A DNA stretch of 64,000 bases from Candidatus Staskawiczbacteria bacterium (GTDB lineage: Bacteria > Patescibacteriota > Minisyncoccia > Minisyncoccales > Staskawiczbacteraceae): assembly GCA_963778905.1 (NCBI GenBank), contig CAVZWH010000014.1:1254-65253 (forward strand), written 5' to 3'. A program made the position numbers and the translations under genes. The notes under the pieces are model-generated. The model was not told the DNA's origin, made no database searches, and saw only the letters and a program-made list of their open reading frames with translations. Positions 18,140 through 27,117 of the stretch are shown piece after piece; position 1 is the stretch's first letter; each line of letters begins with the position of its first letter.

Positions 18140-19444
18140 ATGGATAAATTCAAATTTCTGCCGAAATCAAAACTCAACAACCTCCCGAAAACAAGCGGAG
18201 TATATTCTTTTTATGATAAAAAAGAACTTGTTTATATTGGCAAGGCAATAAATATACAAAACAGAGTTAAAAACCACTTTCATCGGGTTAAATACCGCGA
18301 AGCGGTAATTTCGCCTTCGGCGAAATTATTTAACCCGATGAAGCAACCGTCTTACAGAGATGATTTATTTATAGAAAAAGTAAATAAAATTAGTTTTTTT
18401 GTGACCAATTCAGAAATTGAAGCGTTAATTTTGGAAGCAAATTTAATTAAAAAATATCAGCCAAAATTCAATGTTGTCTGGCGAGATGATAAAAATTATT
18501 TTTATGTGGCGATAACAAAAGGCGAAAAGCCGATTGTTTATATAACACACCAAAAAAATGAGCCGGCAGAATACATTGGACCTTTTGTGGAGGGAAATGC
18601 CTTAAAAAAAACTTTAAGGTTTTTGAGAAGAGTGTTCCCCTACTACACAACAAAAAATCATCCTAAAATAAAATGCACCTATTGCCATTTGGGTTTATGC
18701 CCGGGGCCAAATCCAAATTTAACAGAATACAAAAAAAATATAAAAAAATTAATTTCTATTTTGCAGGGAAAAAGAAATGCTGTTTTAAATTCTCTAAAAA
18801 AAGAAATGAAAAAACTTTCAAGAGAGAACAGATTTGAGGAAGCTGGAAAAATTAGGGACAGAATTTTTAATTTACAGCAGGTAATGTCGCACACAAATGT
18901 AATCAGCAGCGAAAAAGTTAGTGCGAGGTCGGATCTCGCCCAAATTTTAGGCAAGATTCTGCATATGGAGAATAAAATAGAAAGAATTGAGTGTTATGAT
19001 GTTTCCAATATCCAGGGAAAATCTGCAACCGGGTCCATGATTGTTTTTGCAGATGGAAAACCAGATAAAAGTCAGTACAAAAAATTTAAGATAAAAATGG
19101 AAAATGAACCGAACGACATCGCTATGTTAAAAGAAGTGCTGGAAAGAAGATTTGCGCATCCAGAATGGAAATATCCCGAGGTAATTTTAATAGACGGCGG
19201 AATCGGCCAACTAAACGTTGGCCTCAAAATCAAAAATCAAAATCCAAAAATCAAAAATATTTTATTTATATCTTTGGCGAAAAGAAACAAAGAATTATTT
19301 ATTGAGGGCAAGCAAAAACCAATTTTGTTAAAATCTTTGCCTCAAGAAATTTATAATCTGATTTTGCAGCTTGACGACGAAGCGCATAAATTCGCAATAG
19401 CTTACCACAAAAAACTAAGAAGTCGGGATTTATTATTGCACTAA
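18140..19444 (+). CDS. uvrC: excinuclease ABC subunit C (short form, no C-terminal HhH domain visible)
   Basis: 434 aa; GIY-YIG (GVYSFYDKKELVYIGKA), UVR domain (RFEEAGKIRDRIFNLQ) and endonuclease domain (IECYDVSNIQG, ILIDGGIGQL). Contains a 20-codon palindromic insertion. Confidence 0.9.
   Translation: MDKFKFLPKSKLNNLPKTSGVYSFYDKKELVYIGKAINIQNRVKNHFHRVKYREAVISPSAKLFNPMKQPSYRDDLFIEKVNKISFFVTNSEIEALILEANLIKKYQPKFNVVWRDDKNYFYVAITKGEKPIVYITHQKNEPAEYIGPFVEGNALKKTLRFLRRVFPYYTTKNHPKIKCTYCHLGLCPGPNPNLTEYKKNIKKLISILQGKRNAVLNSLKKEMKKLSRENRFEEAGKIRDRIFNLQQVMSHTNVISSEKVSARSDLAQILGKILHMENKIERIECYDVSNIQGKSATGSMIVFADGKPDKSQYKKFKIKMENEPNDIAMLKEVLERRFAHPEWKYPEVILIDGGIGQLNVGLKIKNQNPKIKNILFISLAKRNKELFIEGKQKPILLKSLPQEIYNLILQLDDEAHKFAIAYHKKLRSRDLLLH
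18281..18340 (+). repeat. 60-nt in-frame palindromic insertion inside uvrC
   Basis: CATCGGGTTAAA..TTTAACCCGATG forms a 12-bp outer stem. It encloses CCGC-GAA-GCGG and TAATTTCGCC-TTC-GGCGAAATTA hairpins. Encodes HRVKYREAVISPSAKLFNPM. Confidence 0.65.
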
Positions 19445-19472
19445 TGCCAAAAATCTGCTACAATATATAAAG

Positions 19473-19862
19473 ATGAAGAGGTTATTCTCTCAAGTTGTCG
19501 CTGCCATACTTGGATTATGGCTGGCGACATTATTTGTGCCCGGGGTTGTAATCAGGACATATCCTAAATCAAACTTCTTCGGTTTTCCTTTAACAGCACA
19601 ATGGGAAATTTTTTTGGTCTTAGGAATTGTTTTAGGATTGCTAAACTATTTTCTAAAACCGCTTTTGAAAACGCTGGCTCTGCCTTTGGAAATAATTACC
19701 CTCGGACTTTTTACAATTGTGATAAATATGGCTCTGTTGTGGCTTTTGGACGTAATGTTTGACGAATTATATGTGCCGCTATTGTTGCCGCTTTTGTACA
19801 CAACATTAATTATTTGGGGGTTAAATATTATTATTAGTTTTTTTATAGCAAAAAATAAATAA
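19473..19862 (+). CDS. DUF360 / phage-holin-4-like membrane protein
   Basis: 129 aa; four TM helices; strings typical of the family (LLNYFLKPLLKTLALPLEIITLGLFTIVINMALLWLL). Confidence 0.6.
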   Translation: MKRLFSQVVAAILGLWLATLFVPGVVIRTYPKSNFFGFPLTAQWEIFLVLGIVLGLLNYFLKPLLKTLALPLEIITLGLFTIVINMALLWLLDVMFDELYVPLLLPLLYTTLIIWGLNIIISFFIAKNK

Positions 19863-19866
19863 AAAA

Positions 19867-20085
19867 ATAAATCAAATTTTATTTTATACACAAATCGCTG
19901 TTTCTGTAATTTTAATTGTGCTTATTGCAATACAGCAAAGAGGAGCTACTTTAGGCGCCGGATTTGGCGGTGGCGGAGAAATTTATTCCACCAAGCGCGG
20001 AGCGCAAAAAAAAATATACTACGCAACAATAGCAATTGCAACTATTTTTCTCGTTTTGGGCGTATTAAACATATTGATACAATAG
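19867..20085 (+). CDS. secG: preprotein translocase subunit SecG (no canonical start codon)
   Basis: Not in the ORF track. Hand translation: (I)NQILFYTQIAVSVILIVLIAIQQRGATLGAGFGGGGEIYSTKRGAQKKIYYATIAIATIFLVLGVLNILIQ*, a typical SecG layout. The frame opens after TAG at 19846-19848 and contains only ATA/ATT as possible starts. Confidence 0.6.
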   Translation: MNQILFYTQIAVSVILIVLIAIQQRGATLGAGFGGGGEIYSTKRGAQKKIYYATIAIATIFLVLGVLNILIQ

Positions 20086-20094
20086 ATTTAACAA

Positions 20095-22092
20095 ATGAAA
20101 AAACTTCCAAGTTTTTCTCAATGGAAGCAAATTTTTAAGATATTAAAAGGAACTGAAAGAATATTTTTTTTAGTTTTTGTTGGTTTAGCTTTGATATCTG
20201 CAATTTATCTTGCAACTGATTTTTATATAAATAATACAAAAACAGCTCCTGCCTATGGCGGAAGTTATACGGAAGGAGTTGTTGGCCAGCCACGATTTAT
20301 AAATCCTATTTACGGAGAGACAGATGACGTTGACAGAACATTAATTGATTTAGTTTATTCGGGGCTGATGGCATATGACAAAGATGGAAAAATAATTAAC
20401 GACCTGGTAAAAAGTTATCAGGTTTCTGATGATGGAAAAACTTATACTTTTCAGTTAAAAGATAATCTTTACTGGCAAGATGGAATGCCCTTAACGGCTG
20501 ACGATGTTATTTACACAATAAAAACAATTCAAAATTCCGATTACAAAAGTCCCCAAAGAGCAAATTGGCTTAACGTGGATGCAGAAAAAATATCCGACAA
20601 ATCTTTTTCTTTTTCTCTTGATGCCCCATATAATTCTTTTTTAGAAAACTGCACGGTAAAAATAATTCCTTCTCATATATGGGAAAAAGTTTTGCCTGAA
20701 AATTTTGCTTTGTCTACTTATAATTTACAACCTATTGGTTCCGGCCCTTATACTCTTTCGGGATTGGAACAAACAAATACTGGTTTTATAAAAAACCTAA
20801 GTTTAACAGCCAACAACAAATATTACAATAAAGTGCCTTATATATCTAACATTTATTTTCAGTTCTTTGCAAACAAAGATGACCTGATTAAGGCTGCCAA
20901 CCAAAAAACAATTGATGGATTTTCTATCACAGATTTAGATGACAATGAGGCTTTGGCTGAAAAACAAGTTCGCCAGGGCTGGTCTGCAAATGAAAAATTT
21001 GATGTTTACTCTTTTACAATGCCAAGATATTTTGCCGTGTTCTTTAACACTCAGAAATCAAAAATTTTATCGGACAGCAATATAACGCAGGCTCTTAATT
21101 ATTCGGTTAACAAACAAGAGTTGGCACAAAAAATAAGCGACTCGTTCAAAGAAAAAATTTCTGTTGTTGACTCGCCAATTCTTCCTGATTATTTTGGCTA
21201 TGCGCAGCCTACAATAACTTATGATTTTAATACAGACACAGCAAACAAACTTTTAGACAAATCTGGATATGTGGATTCGGGCAATAATACAAGGGCAAAA
21301 GCAAATGATAAAAAACCAGCTTTTCAATTCAAAAGTTATTTGTCTCAAGGATCCAAAGGAAACGAAGTTGTGGAGCTGCAAGGATGTTTGGCAAGATTGG
21401 ATCCAAGCTTTGCAACTCTTTTGCAGGGAGAAACCAGTGGAAAATATGGAACAGGAACCGGAAACGCAGTAACAGCGTTTCAAAAAAAATATATGCCCGG
21501 CGTGCCTTCAACTGGCGAGGTTGGAGCAGGAACAAGAAAGGAATTAAACCAACTTTGTCTGGTTCCCCAAGCCAATTCTTTGCCATTGAAGTTTACTTTA
21601 ACTACCATAGACCAGCCTCAGCTTGTTATGGCGGCTAACCTTCTGAAAGATTACTGGCAAAAAGTTGGGGTCACCGTAGACGTAAAAGCATTGGATTTAT
21701 CAGACTTAAAAGACGCAATTAAAAACAGAGATTATGATGCCTTGCTTTACGGTCAAGCTCTTGGAAGCCTGCCCGATTTATATCCTTTTTGGCATTCTAC
21801 GCAAATAAATGATCCCGGATTAAATCTTGCAGAATATCAAAATAAAAATGTCGACCAATTGTTAAAAGATTCCAGAGAAACGCAGGATGAGCAAGCAAAA
21901 GCGCAAGATTACGAAAAACTGCAAGACACAATACTTTCAGACGCCCCTGCCCTGTTTTTATACAACCCTGATTACATTTATTGGGTTTCAGAAAAAATAA
22001 AAGGCGTAGACACAACAAAAATTGTCGACCCGGCAAAAAGATTTGCTAATATAGAAAATTGGTACATACAAACCCGAAGAGTATGGAAATAA
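20095..22092 (+). CDS. family-5 (OppA/DppA-like) ABC substrate-binding protein with an inserted peptidoglycan-binding domain
   Basis: 665 aa; N-terminal TM and SBP_bac_5-like sequence throughout. The insert GSKGNEVVELQGCLARL...TGNAVTAFQKKYMP...GEVGAGTRKELNQL looks like PG_binding_1. Confidence 0.75.
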   Translation: MKKLPSFSQWKQIFKILKGTERIFFLVFVGLALISAIYLATDFYINNTKTAPAYGGSYTEGVVGQPRFINPIYGETDDVDRTLIDLVYSGLMAYDKDGKIINDLVKSYQVSDDGKTYTFQLKDNLYWQDGMPLTADDVIYTIKTIQNSDYKSPQRANWLNVDAEKISDKSFSFSLDAPYNSFLENCTVKIIPSHIWEKVLPENFALSTYNLQPIGSGPYTLSGLEQTNTGFIKNLSLTANNKYYNKVPYISNIYFQFFANKDDLIKAANQKTIDGFSITDLDDNEALAEKQVRQGWSANEKFDVYSFTMPRYFAVFFNTQKSKILSDSNITQALNYSVNKQELAQKISDSFKEKISVVDSPILPDYFGYAQPTITYDFNTDTANKLLDKSGYVDSGNNTRAKANDKKPAFQFKSYLSQGSKGNEVVELQGCLARLDPSFATLLQGETSGKYGTGTGNAVTAFQKKYMPGVPSTGEVGAGTRKELNQLCLVPQANSLPLKFTLTTIDQPQLVMAANLLKDYWQKVGVTVDVKALDLSDLKDAIKNRDYDALLYGQALGSLPDLYPFWHSTQINDPGLNLAEYQNKNVDQLLKDSRETQDEQAKAQDYEKLQDTILSDAPALFLYNPDYIYWVSEKIKGVDTTKIVDPAKRFANIENWYIQTRRVWK

Positions 22093-22670
22093 ATTTGAAA
22101 AAATTTACACCTGATGTTCGCTATTTAGATGATATGCGCGAAGTTTTGTTTGACAAAGATTTTGCAAAAAATTCTCCAAATGTCCCTTTGTATTTTATGT
22201 ACAGAGGTTTAGATAAAAAAGATGGACTAAGATATGACATCACAATTATTCCGGCAAAAATGCTTGGCGATGAATTTAATAAAACAAAAGGGCATTATCA
22301 TGTCGGCGCGTATCAAGAGCTTTATATGGTTTTGCAAGGAACAGCAATATATTTAATGCAGAAAAAAAACTCCGACGACAAAATTAAGGATGCTTATTTT
22401 GTTAAAGCAAAAAAAGGAGATTCTATTATGATTCCTCCATACTATGGACACGTTACGATAAATCCTTCGGAAACTGAAGAATTAAAAATGGCAAATTGGG
22501 TTTCGGAAAATTGCAAAAGCGATTATTCTTTTTTTGAAAAAATGCACGGCGCTTGTTATTATTATACAAATCAAGGCTGGATAAAAAACGAAAATTATAA
22601 ATTGATTCCAGAACTTAGACAAGAGCAACCTCAAAAATCTCTTCTGCAAGATTTAAGTTTTCTAAAGTAA
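22083..22670 (+). CDS. pgi: cupin-type glucose-6-phosphate isomerase
   Basis: About 195 aa from MEINLKKF; cupin metal motifs TKGHYH and PPYYGHVTINP, as in archaeal-type cPGI. Confidence 0.65.
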   Translation: MEINLKKFTPDVRYLDDMREVLFDKDFAKNSPNVPLYFMYRGLDKKDGLRYDITIIPAKMLGDEFNKTKGHYHVGAYQELYMVLQGTAIYLMQKKNSDDKIKDAYFVKAKKGDSIMIPPYYGHVTINPSETEELKMANWVSENCKSDYSFFEKMHGACYYYTNQGWIKNENYKLIPELRQEQPQKSLLQDLSFLK

Positions 22671-22671
22671 A

Positions 22672-22800
22672 CCCCGTTAGAAGTCTTAATAACCTGATAA
22701 AATTTTTTGCTGGTTAAAATTACAAATGGCGAAAAATATTGAAATGAGATTGCAAAAATATTTTCAAAAAAAATATTTTTGCTCAAGACTTCTAACGGGG
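22672..22800 (+). mobile_element. MITE-like element, copy A (129 bp)
   Basis: TIRs CCCCGTTAGAAGTCTT / AAGACTTCTAACGGGG. TAAA direct repeats at 22668-22671 (which contains the pgi stop codon) and 22801-22804. Internal AT-rich hairpin. Confidence 0.65.
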
Positions 22801-22808
22801 TAAAATCC

Positions 22809-22891
22809 GCGGGTATGGCGGAACAGCAGACGCGCTGGCTTCAGGAGCCAGTGGGAGAAATCTCGTGGAGGTGCAAATCCTCCTACCCGCA
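22809..22891 (+). tRNA. tRNA-Leu (anticodon CAG)
   Basis: GCGGGTA acceptor, anticodon arm CTGGC-TTCAGGA-GCCAG, long variable arm, T arm GGAGGTGCAAATCCTCC, TACCCGC-A. Confidence 0.9.
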
Positions 22892-22921
22892 CAGATAAAA
22901 ATTTAAAAATTATAAATATTT

Positions 22922-24676
22922 ATGATAAATTATAGACAAAATAAGATTAATGTACCGCAAAAAAACCCCATTGAGAAGCCTTTGGCTTCCAGCGGGGTCG
23001 GTAATTTAAGAATTATTCCTTTGGGCGGATGCGAAGAAGTTGGAAGAAACATGACTGTTTTTGAATATGGACAAGATATTGTGATTTTGGATATGGGACT
23101 TCAATTTCCAGAAGAAGATATGCCGGGAATTGATTATGTAATTCCAAATATAGAATATCTAAAAGGAAAAGAGAGAAATATCCGCGCAGTTATTTTTTCT
23201 CACGGGCACTTAGACCACATTGGAGCTGCCCCAATATTGTTGCAAAAACTTGGAAATCCGCAAATTATCGGCAGGCCGCTTACTCTTGAAATGGTAAAAC
23301 ACAGAGTTGAAGATTTATACCACGGCGCCTCAAAAAAATTAAGAACAATATATGTAAAAGATTTACAGCAAAAAATAAATCTTGGAGTTTTTACGTTAAG
23401 TTTTTTTGCAATTGACCATAGCGTCATGGATGCAGTCGGGGTAATTTTAGAAACTCCGGTGGCTACAGTAATACATCCGGGAGACTGGACAATTGAAAAA
23501 AATCCAATTGGCAGAAAGGCTATAGATTATTCTCTCTTGGCCAGATTAAAAAAGCCAACAATATTGATGCTTGAATCTTTGGGATCTACAATTTCCAAAG
23601 AACCTGTGACCGAAGAAGAAATGTTAAAAAATCTTTACAAGTTGATAACAAAAGCTCCCGGCAGAACTATTATTGCCACATTTTCTTCGCAAATCCAAAG
23701 AATAAAACAAATCATGGAATTTGCGGCAGAGACCAATAAAAAAGTTGCTTTAGATGGTTTTTCAATGAAATTAAATGTTGAGCTTGCAACAAAATTGGGG
23801 TATATAAAAATTCCCAAAGGAGTTATAATTTCAACGGACAAGGCGCGCAATTATCCCGACAACAAAGTAATTATTGTTTGCACCGGAGCGCAGGGCGAAG
23901 AAATGGCGGCATTGTCAAGAATTGTTGCCGGCAACCACAAACACATAAAAATTAAAAAAGAAGATACTGTAATATTTTCTTCATCTGTAATTCCGGGCAA
24001 CGAACGCACTGTTCAAAGAGTAAAAGATAATCTTTACCGCCAATCTGACAATGTTTATCATTCGGATATTATTGACATCCACATTTCAGGACACAGCAAC
24101 ATAAATGGAATCAAGGAAATGCTTGGCGAAATAAAACCGACTTATTTTATTCCTGTCTATGGTAACCATTATTTCTTAAAAGAAGCGGCAAAAATTTCTT
24201 ATGAAATGGGCTTTCCAAAAGACAAGGTTTTTGTGCCAGACAACGGATCTATAATAAAATTTACAAATGGGGCACACTCTGGGTCTGCAGAAATGTTGAA
24301 AGAAAAAGTTCCTTCAAATTATGTTTTTGTTGACGGGCTTGGAGTTGGCGATGTTGGAGAAATTGTTTTGAGGGACAGGCAAATGTTAGCCGAAGACGGA
24401 ATGTTTGTTATAGTGGCCGTAATAGACAAACGAACAGGCAGAGTAAAAGGTTCGCCCGATATTATCTCGCGCGGATTTGTTTATTTAAGAGAATCAAAAG
24501 ATTTGCTTAGCCAAACGCGCAAAAAAGTTATTGAAATCGTTGATAAATCTGCCGGCCACGGAGGGCCGGTAAACTGGACTTATGTAAAAGACGAAATAAG
24601 AAACAAAGTCGGCGACTTCTTGCATTCAAAAACTTCAAGAAGGCCAATGATTTTGCCAGTAGTTATTGAAGTTTAA
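22922..24676 (+). CDS. rnj: ribonuclease J (beta-CASP metallo-beta-lactamase)
   Basis: 584 aa; HGHLDHIG motif and RNase J-like organisation (LRIIPLGGCEEVGRNMTVFEY, ISGHS). Confidence 0.88.
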   Translation: MINYRQNKINVPQKNPIEKPLASSGVGNLRIIPLGGCEEVGRNMTVFEYGQDIVILDMGLQFPEEDMPGIDYVIPNIEYLKGKERNIRAVIFSHGHLDHIGAAPILLQKLGNPQIIGRPLTLEMVKHRVEDLYHGASKKLRTIYVKDLQQKINLGVFTLSFFAIDHSVMDAVGVILETPVATVIHPGDWTIEKNPIGRKAIDYSLLARLKKPTILMLESLGSTISKEPVTEEEMLKNLYKLITKAPGRTIIATFSSQIQRIKQIMEFAAETNKKVALDGFSMKLNVELATKLGYIKIPKGVIISTDKARNYPDNKVIIVCTGAQGEEMAALSRIVAGNHKHIKIKKEDTVIFSSSVIPGNERTVQRVKDNLYRQSDNVYHSDIIDIHISGHSNINGIKEMLGEIKPTYFIPVYGNHYFLKEAAKISYEMGFPKDKVFVPDNGSIIKFTNGAHSGSAEMLKEKVPSNYVFVDGLGVGDVGEIVLRDRQMLAEDGMFVIVAVIDKRTGRVKGSPDIISRGFVYLRESKDLLSQTRKKVIEIVDKSAGHGGPVNWTYVKDEIRNKVGDFLHSKTSRRPMILPVVIEV

Positions 24677-24702
24677 TAAACAAAATAATAAGATATATTA
24701 AC

Positions 24703-25677
24703 ATGAGAATATTTTCAGGCATAAGACCAACAGGCAACATTCATATAGGAAATTACTTGGGAGCTGTAAAGCAATGGATAGAGCTTCAGGAAAAAAATGA
24801 ATGTGTTTTTTGCATAGTTGATTTGCACGCAATCACCACTCCGTACGACCCGAAAGAATTGCAAAAAAATATTATTGATGCGGCCAGTATTTATTTAGCC
24901 GCCGGAGTAAATCCAGAAAAATCAATTATTTTTGTGCAGTCAGAAGTAAAAGAGCATGCCGAACTGGCCTGGCTTTTGGAAACCATAACTCCAATGGGAG
25001 AACTTTCCAGAATGACCCAATTCAAAGAGAAATCAAAGCAACATAAAGATTATATAAATGCAGGATTATTTAATTACCCTGTTTTGATGGCGGCAGATAT
25101 TCTTTTATACAAAAGCCAAGGCGTTCCGGTTGGCAAAGACCAAGAACAGCACGTTGAGCTAGCCCGCACTATTGCCAAAAAATTCAACCAAAAATTCGGC
25201 GAAGTTTTTCAAGAGCCGGAAACAATCTTGCCAAAAACAGGAGCTAAAATAATGTCGCTTCAAGATCCCAAAAAGAAAATGTCTAAGTCAGACGATACAA
25301 AAAGCTACATTTCCCTATTTGATACTCCAGAAGATATTACAAGAAAAATAATGAACAGCCAAACCGATTCTGGCAAAGAAATAATTTATAACGTCACAAA
25401 AAAACCAGGGATTTCAAATCTTTTAACAATTTATAGTTTGTTAACCGACAAAACAACTCAGGAAATTGAAAAACAATTTAAGGGCAAGGGCTATGGAGAT
25501 TTCAAAAAATCATTGGCAAAAGTGGTTATAGATTATTTAGAGCCATTTCGCAGAAAACAAAAAGAACTTGCCACAAGAGATATTTATGTAAAAGAAATTT
25601 TGAACAAAGGCGCCTCGCGCGCCAAAATTATTGCAGAAACCACAATGAAAGAAGTTCGCGAAAAAATGGGATTATAG
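24703..25677 (+). CDS. trpS: tryptophan--tRNA ligase
   Basis: 324 aa; class I motifs (IFSGIRPTGNIHIGNYLGA, KMSKS). Confidence 0.95.
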   Translation: MRIFSGIRPTGNIHIGNYLGAVKQWIELQEKNECVFCIVDLHAITTPYDPKELQKNIIDAASIYLAAGVNPEKSIIFVQSEVKEHAELAWLLETITPMGELSRMTQFKEKSKQHKDYINAGLFNYPVLMAADILLYKSQGVPVGKDQEQHVELARTIAKKFNQKFGEVFQEPETILPKTGAKIMSLQDPKKKMSKSDDTKSYISLFDTPEDITRKIMNSQTDSGKEIIYNVTKKPGISNLLTIYSLLTDKTTQEIEKQFKGKGYGDFKKSLAKVVIDYLEPFRRKQKELATRDIYVKEILNKGASRAKIIAETTMKEVREKMGL

Positions 25678-25691
25678 AAAATTATATAATT

Positions 25692-25721
25692 AAAAAACAG
25701 CCCAGGAATAGGGCTGTTTTT
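25692..25721. terminator. bidirectional terminator
   Basis: AAAAACAGCCC-AGGAATA-GGGCTGTTTTT between convergent trpS and the PMM/PGM gene. Confidence 0.65.
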
Positions 25722-25722
25722 G

Positions 25723-27054
25723 CTATTTAGAAACAATCTTTATCAGTTCTTTTTGTTTTTGATCTAAAATTTCTTGGGTGTCAGCTTCAATTGTTAAACG
25801 CAGCACTGGTTCTGTATTTGACGGCCGCACATTAAACCACCAGTCATTATATTCCACTGTAATGCCGTCTAAAAAATCTTGCTTTCCGTCTGAATATTTT
25901 TGTTTTACTTTTTCTAAAATTGCATCTTTATCTGCAACCTTAAAATTAAGTTCTGGAGATTTTTTATATGGAGATAATTCTTTCACAATTTCAGAAACCT
26001 TTCTGCCGTCTTTTGAAATTATCTGCAACAGAACCAAAAAACTTATCATTCCAGAATCCATATAAAAATTATCTTTGAAACAATAATGTCCTGACAATTC
26101 GCCGCCCATAATTCCATTGTTTTGCATAAGGCCTTCTCTTACATTTACAAAACCAACCTGGGTTTTTATCGGCTTTCCGCCCCATTTTTCAACAAACTCC
26201 GGAACTGCTTTTGAGCAAATTGCGTTGTAAGCGATTGCCATGCCTGGATTTTTTTCCAAAAAATATTTTGCCAAAAGTAAAAGTGTGGCATCGGCTCTGA
26301 CCAATTGACCTGTTTCATCTGCCAAAAAAATTCTGTCTGCATCGCCGTCAAACATTATGCCAAAGTCTGCTTTCTGGTTTTTTATCGTTTCACTTATTTT
26401 GTCTGAGGAACCTTCCTCCAATGGATTTGGACTGTGATTTGGAAAATTTCCGTCTGGTTCAAAATTTAATGGAATAATTTCAACTGGCAGCTTGTCTTTT
26501 ATTTTTTCTAATACAATCCCCGCCACGCCGCTTGAAGCATCAACAACAATTTTCATCGGCACAATTTCGCTTAAATCTACAAAAGACAAAATGTGATTAA
26601 TAAAATCTTTCCAAATATCTTTTTTGTTTATTTGCGGGTCTCCATCTGTCTTAAAATGGTCTAGCTCTATTTTTAGCAATAAATCTTTGCCCCTGACCAT
26701 TTCAATATCATTGCCAAATTTTTTCATCATTTTTAGCCCATTATATTCTTTTGGATTATGGCTGGCAGTTATCATAATTCCCGCATCAAAATCATAATTT
26801 CCTACGGCAAAATAAAGGCATTCTGTGGGCGCCTGACCGATGTCATAGACCTGGCCGCCTTGGGCTTGAATACCTTTTGCAAGAGCCAAAAATACCGCTG
26901 GCGACGAAATGCGGGCATCTTGTCCCAACACCACTCTTTTTACTCCAGCATACTGAACAAAACTCCTGCCTATATCAAAAGCCAAGTCCTCATTTAATTC
27001 CGAAGGATAAATTCCTCTTATGTCGTATGACTTAAAAATTTCTTTATTTAACAT
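25723..27054 (-). CDS. phosphomannomutase/phosphoglucomutase
   Basis: 443 aa; TASHNP active-site loop, FDGDADR metal loop, GGELSGH. Confidence 0.9.
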   Translation of the reverse strand: MLNKEIFKSYDIRGIYPSELNEDLAFDIGRSFVQYAGVKRVVLGQDARISSPAVFLALAKGIQAQGGQVYDIGQAPTECLYFAVGNYDFDAGIMITASHNPKEYNGLKMMKKFGNDIEMVRGKDLLLKIELDHFKTDGDPQINKKDIWKDFINHILSFVDLSEIVPMKIVVDASSGVAGIVLEKIKDKLPVEIIPLNFEPDGNFPNHSPNPLEEGSSDKISETIKNQKADFGIMFDGDADRIFLADETGQLVRADATLLLLAKYFLEKNPGMAIAYNAICSKAVPEFVEKWGGKPIKTQVGFVNVREGLMQNNGIMGGELSGHYCFKDNFYMDSGMISFLVLLQIISKDGRKVSEIVKELSPYKKSPELNFKVADKDAILEKVKQKYSDGKQDFLDGITVEYNDWWFNVRPSNTEPVLRLTIEADTQEILDQKQKELIKIVSK

Positions 27055-27117
27055 AAAATACTTGCAATTTAGTCTAATTTATTATAGTATTATAACATAA
27101 TTTAGTAAATCTTTTTT

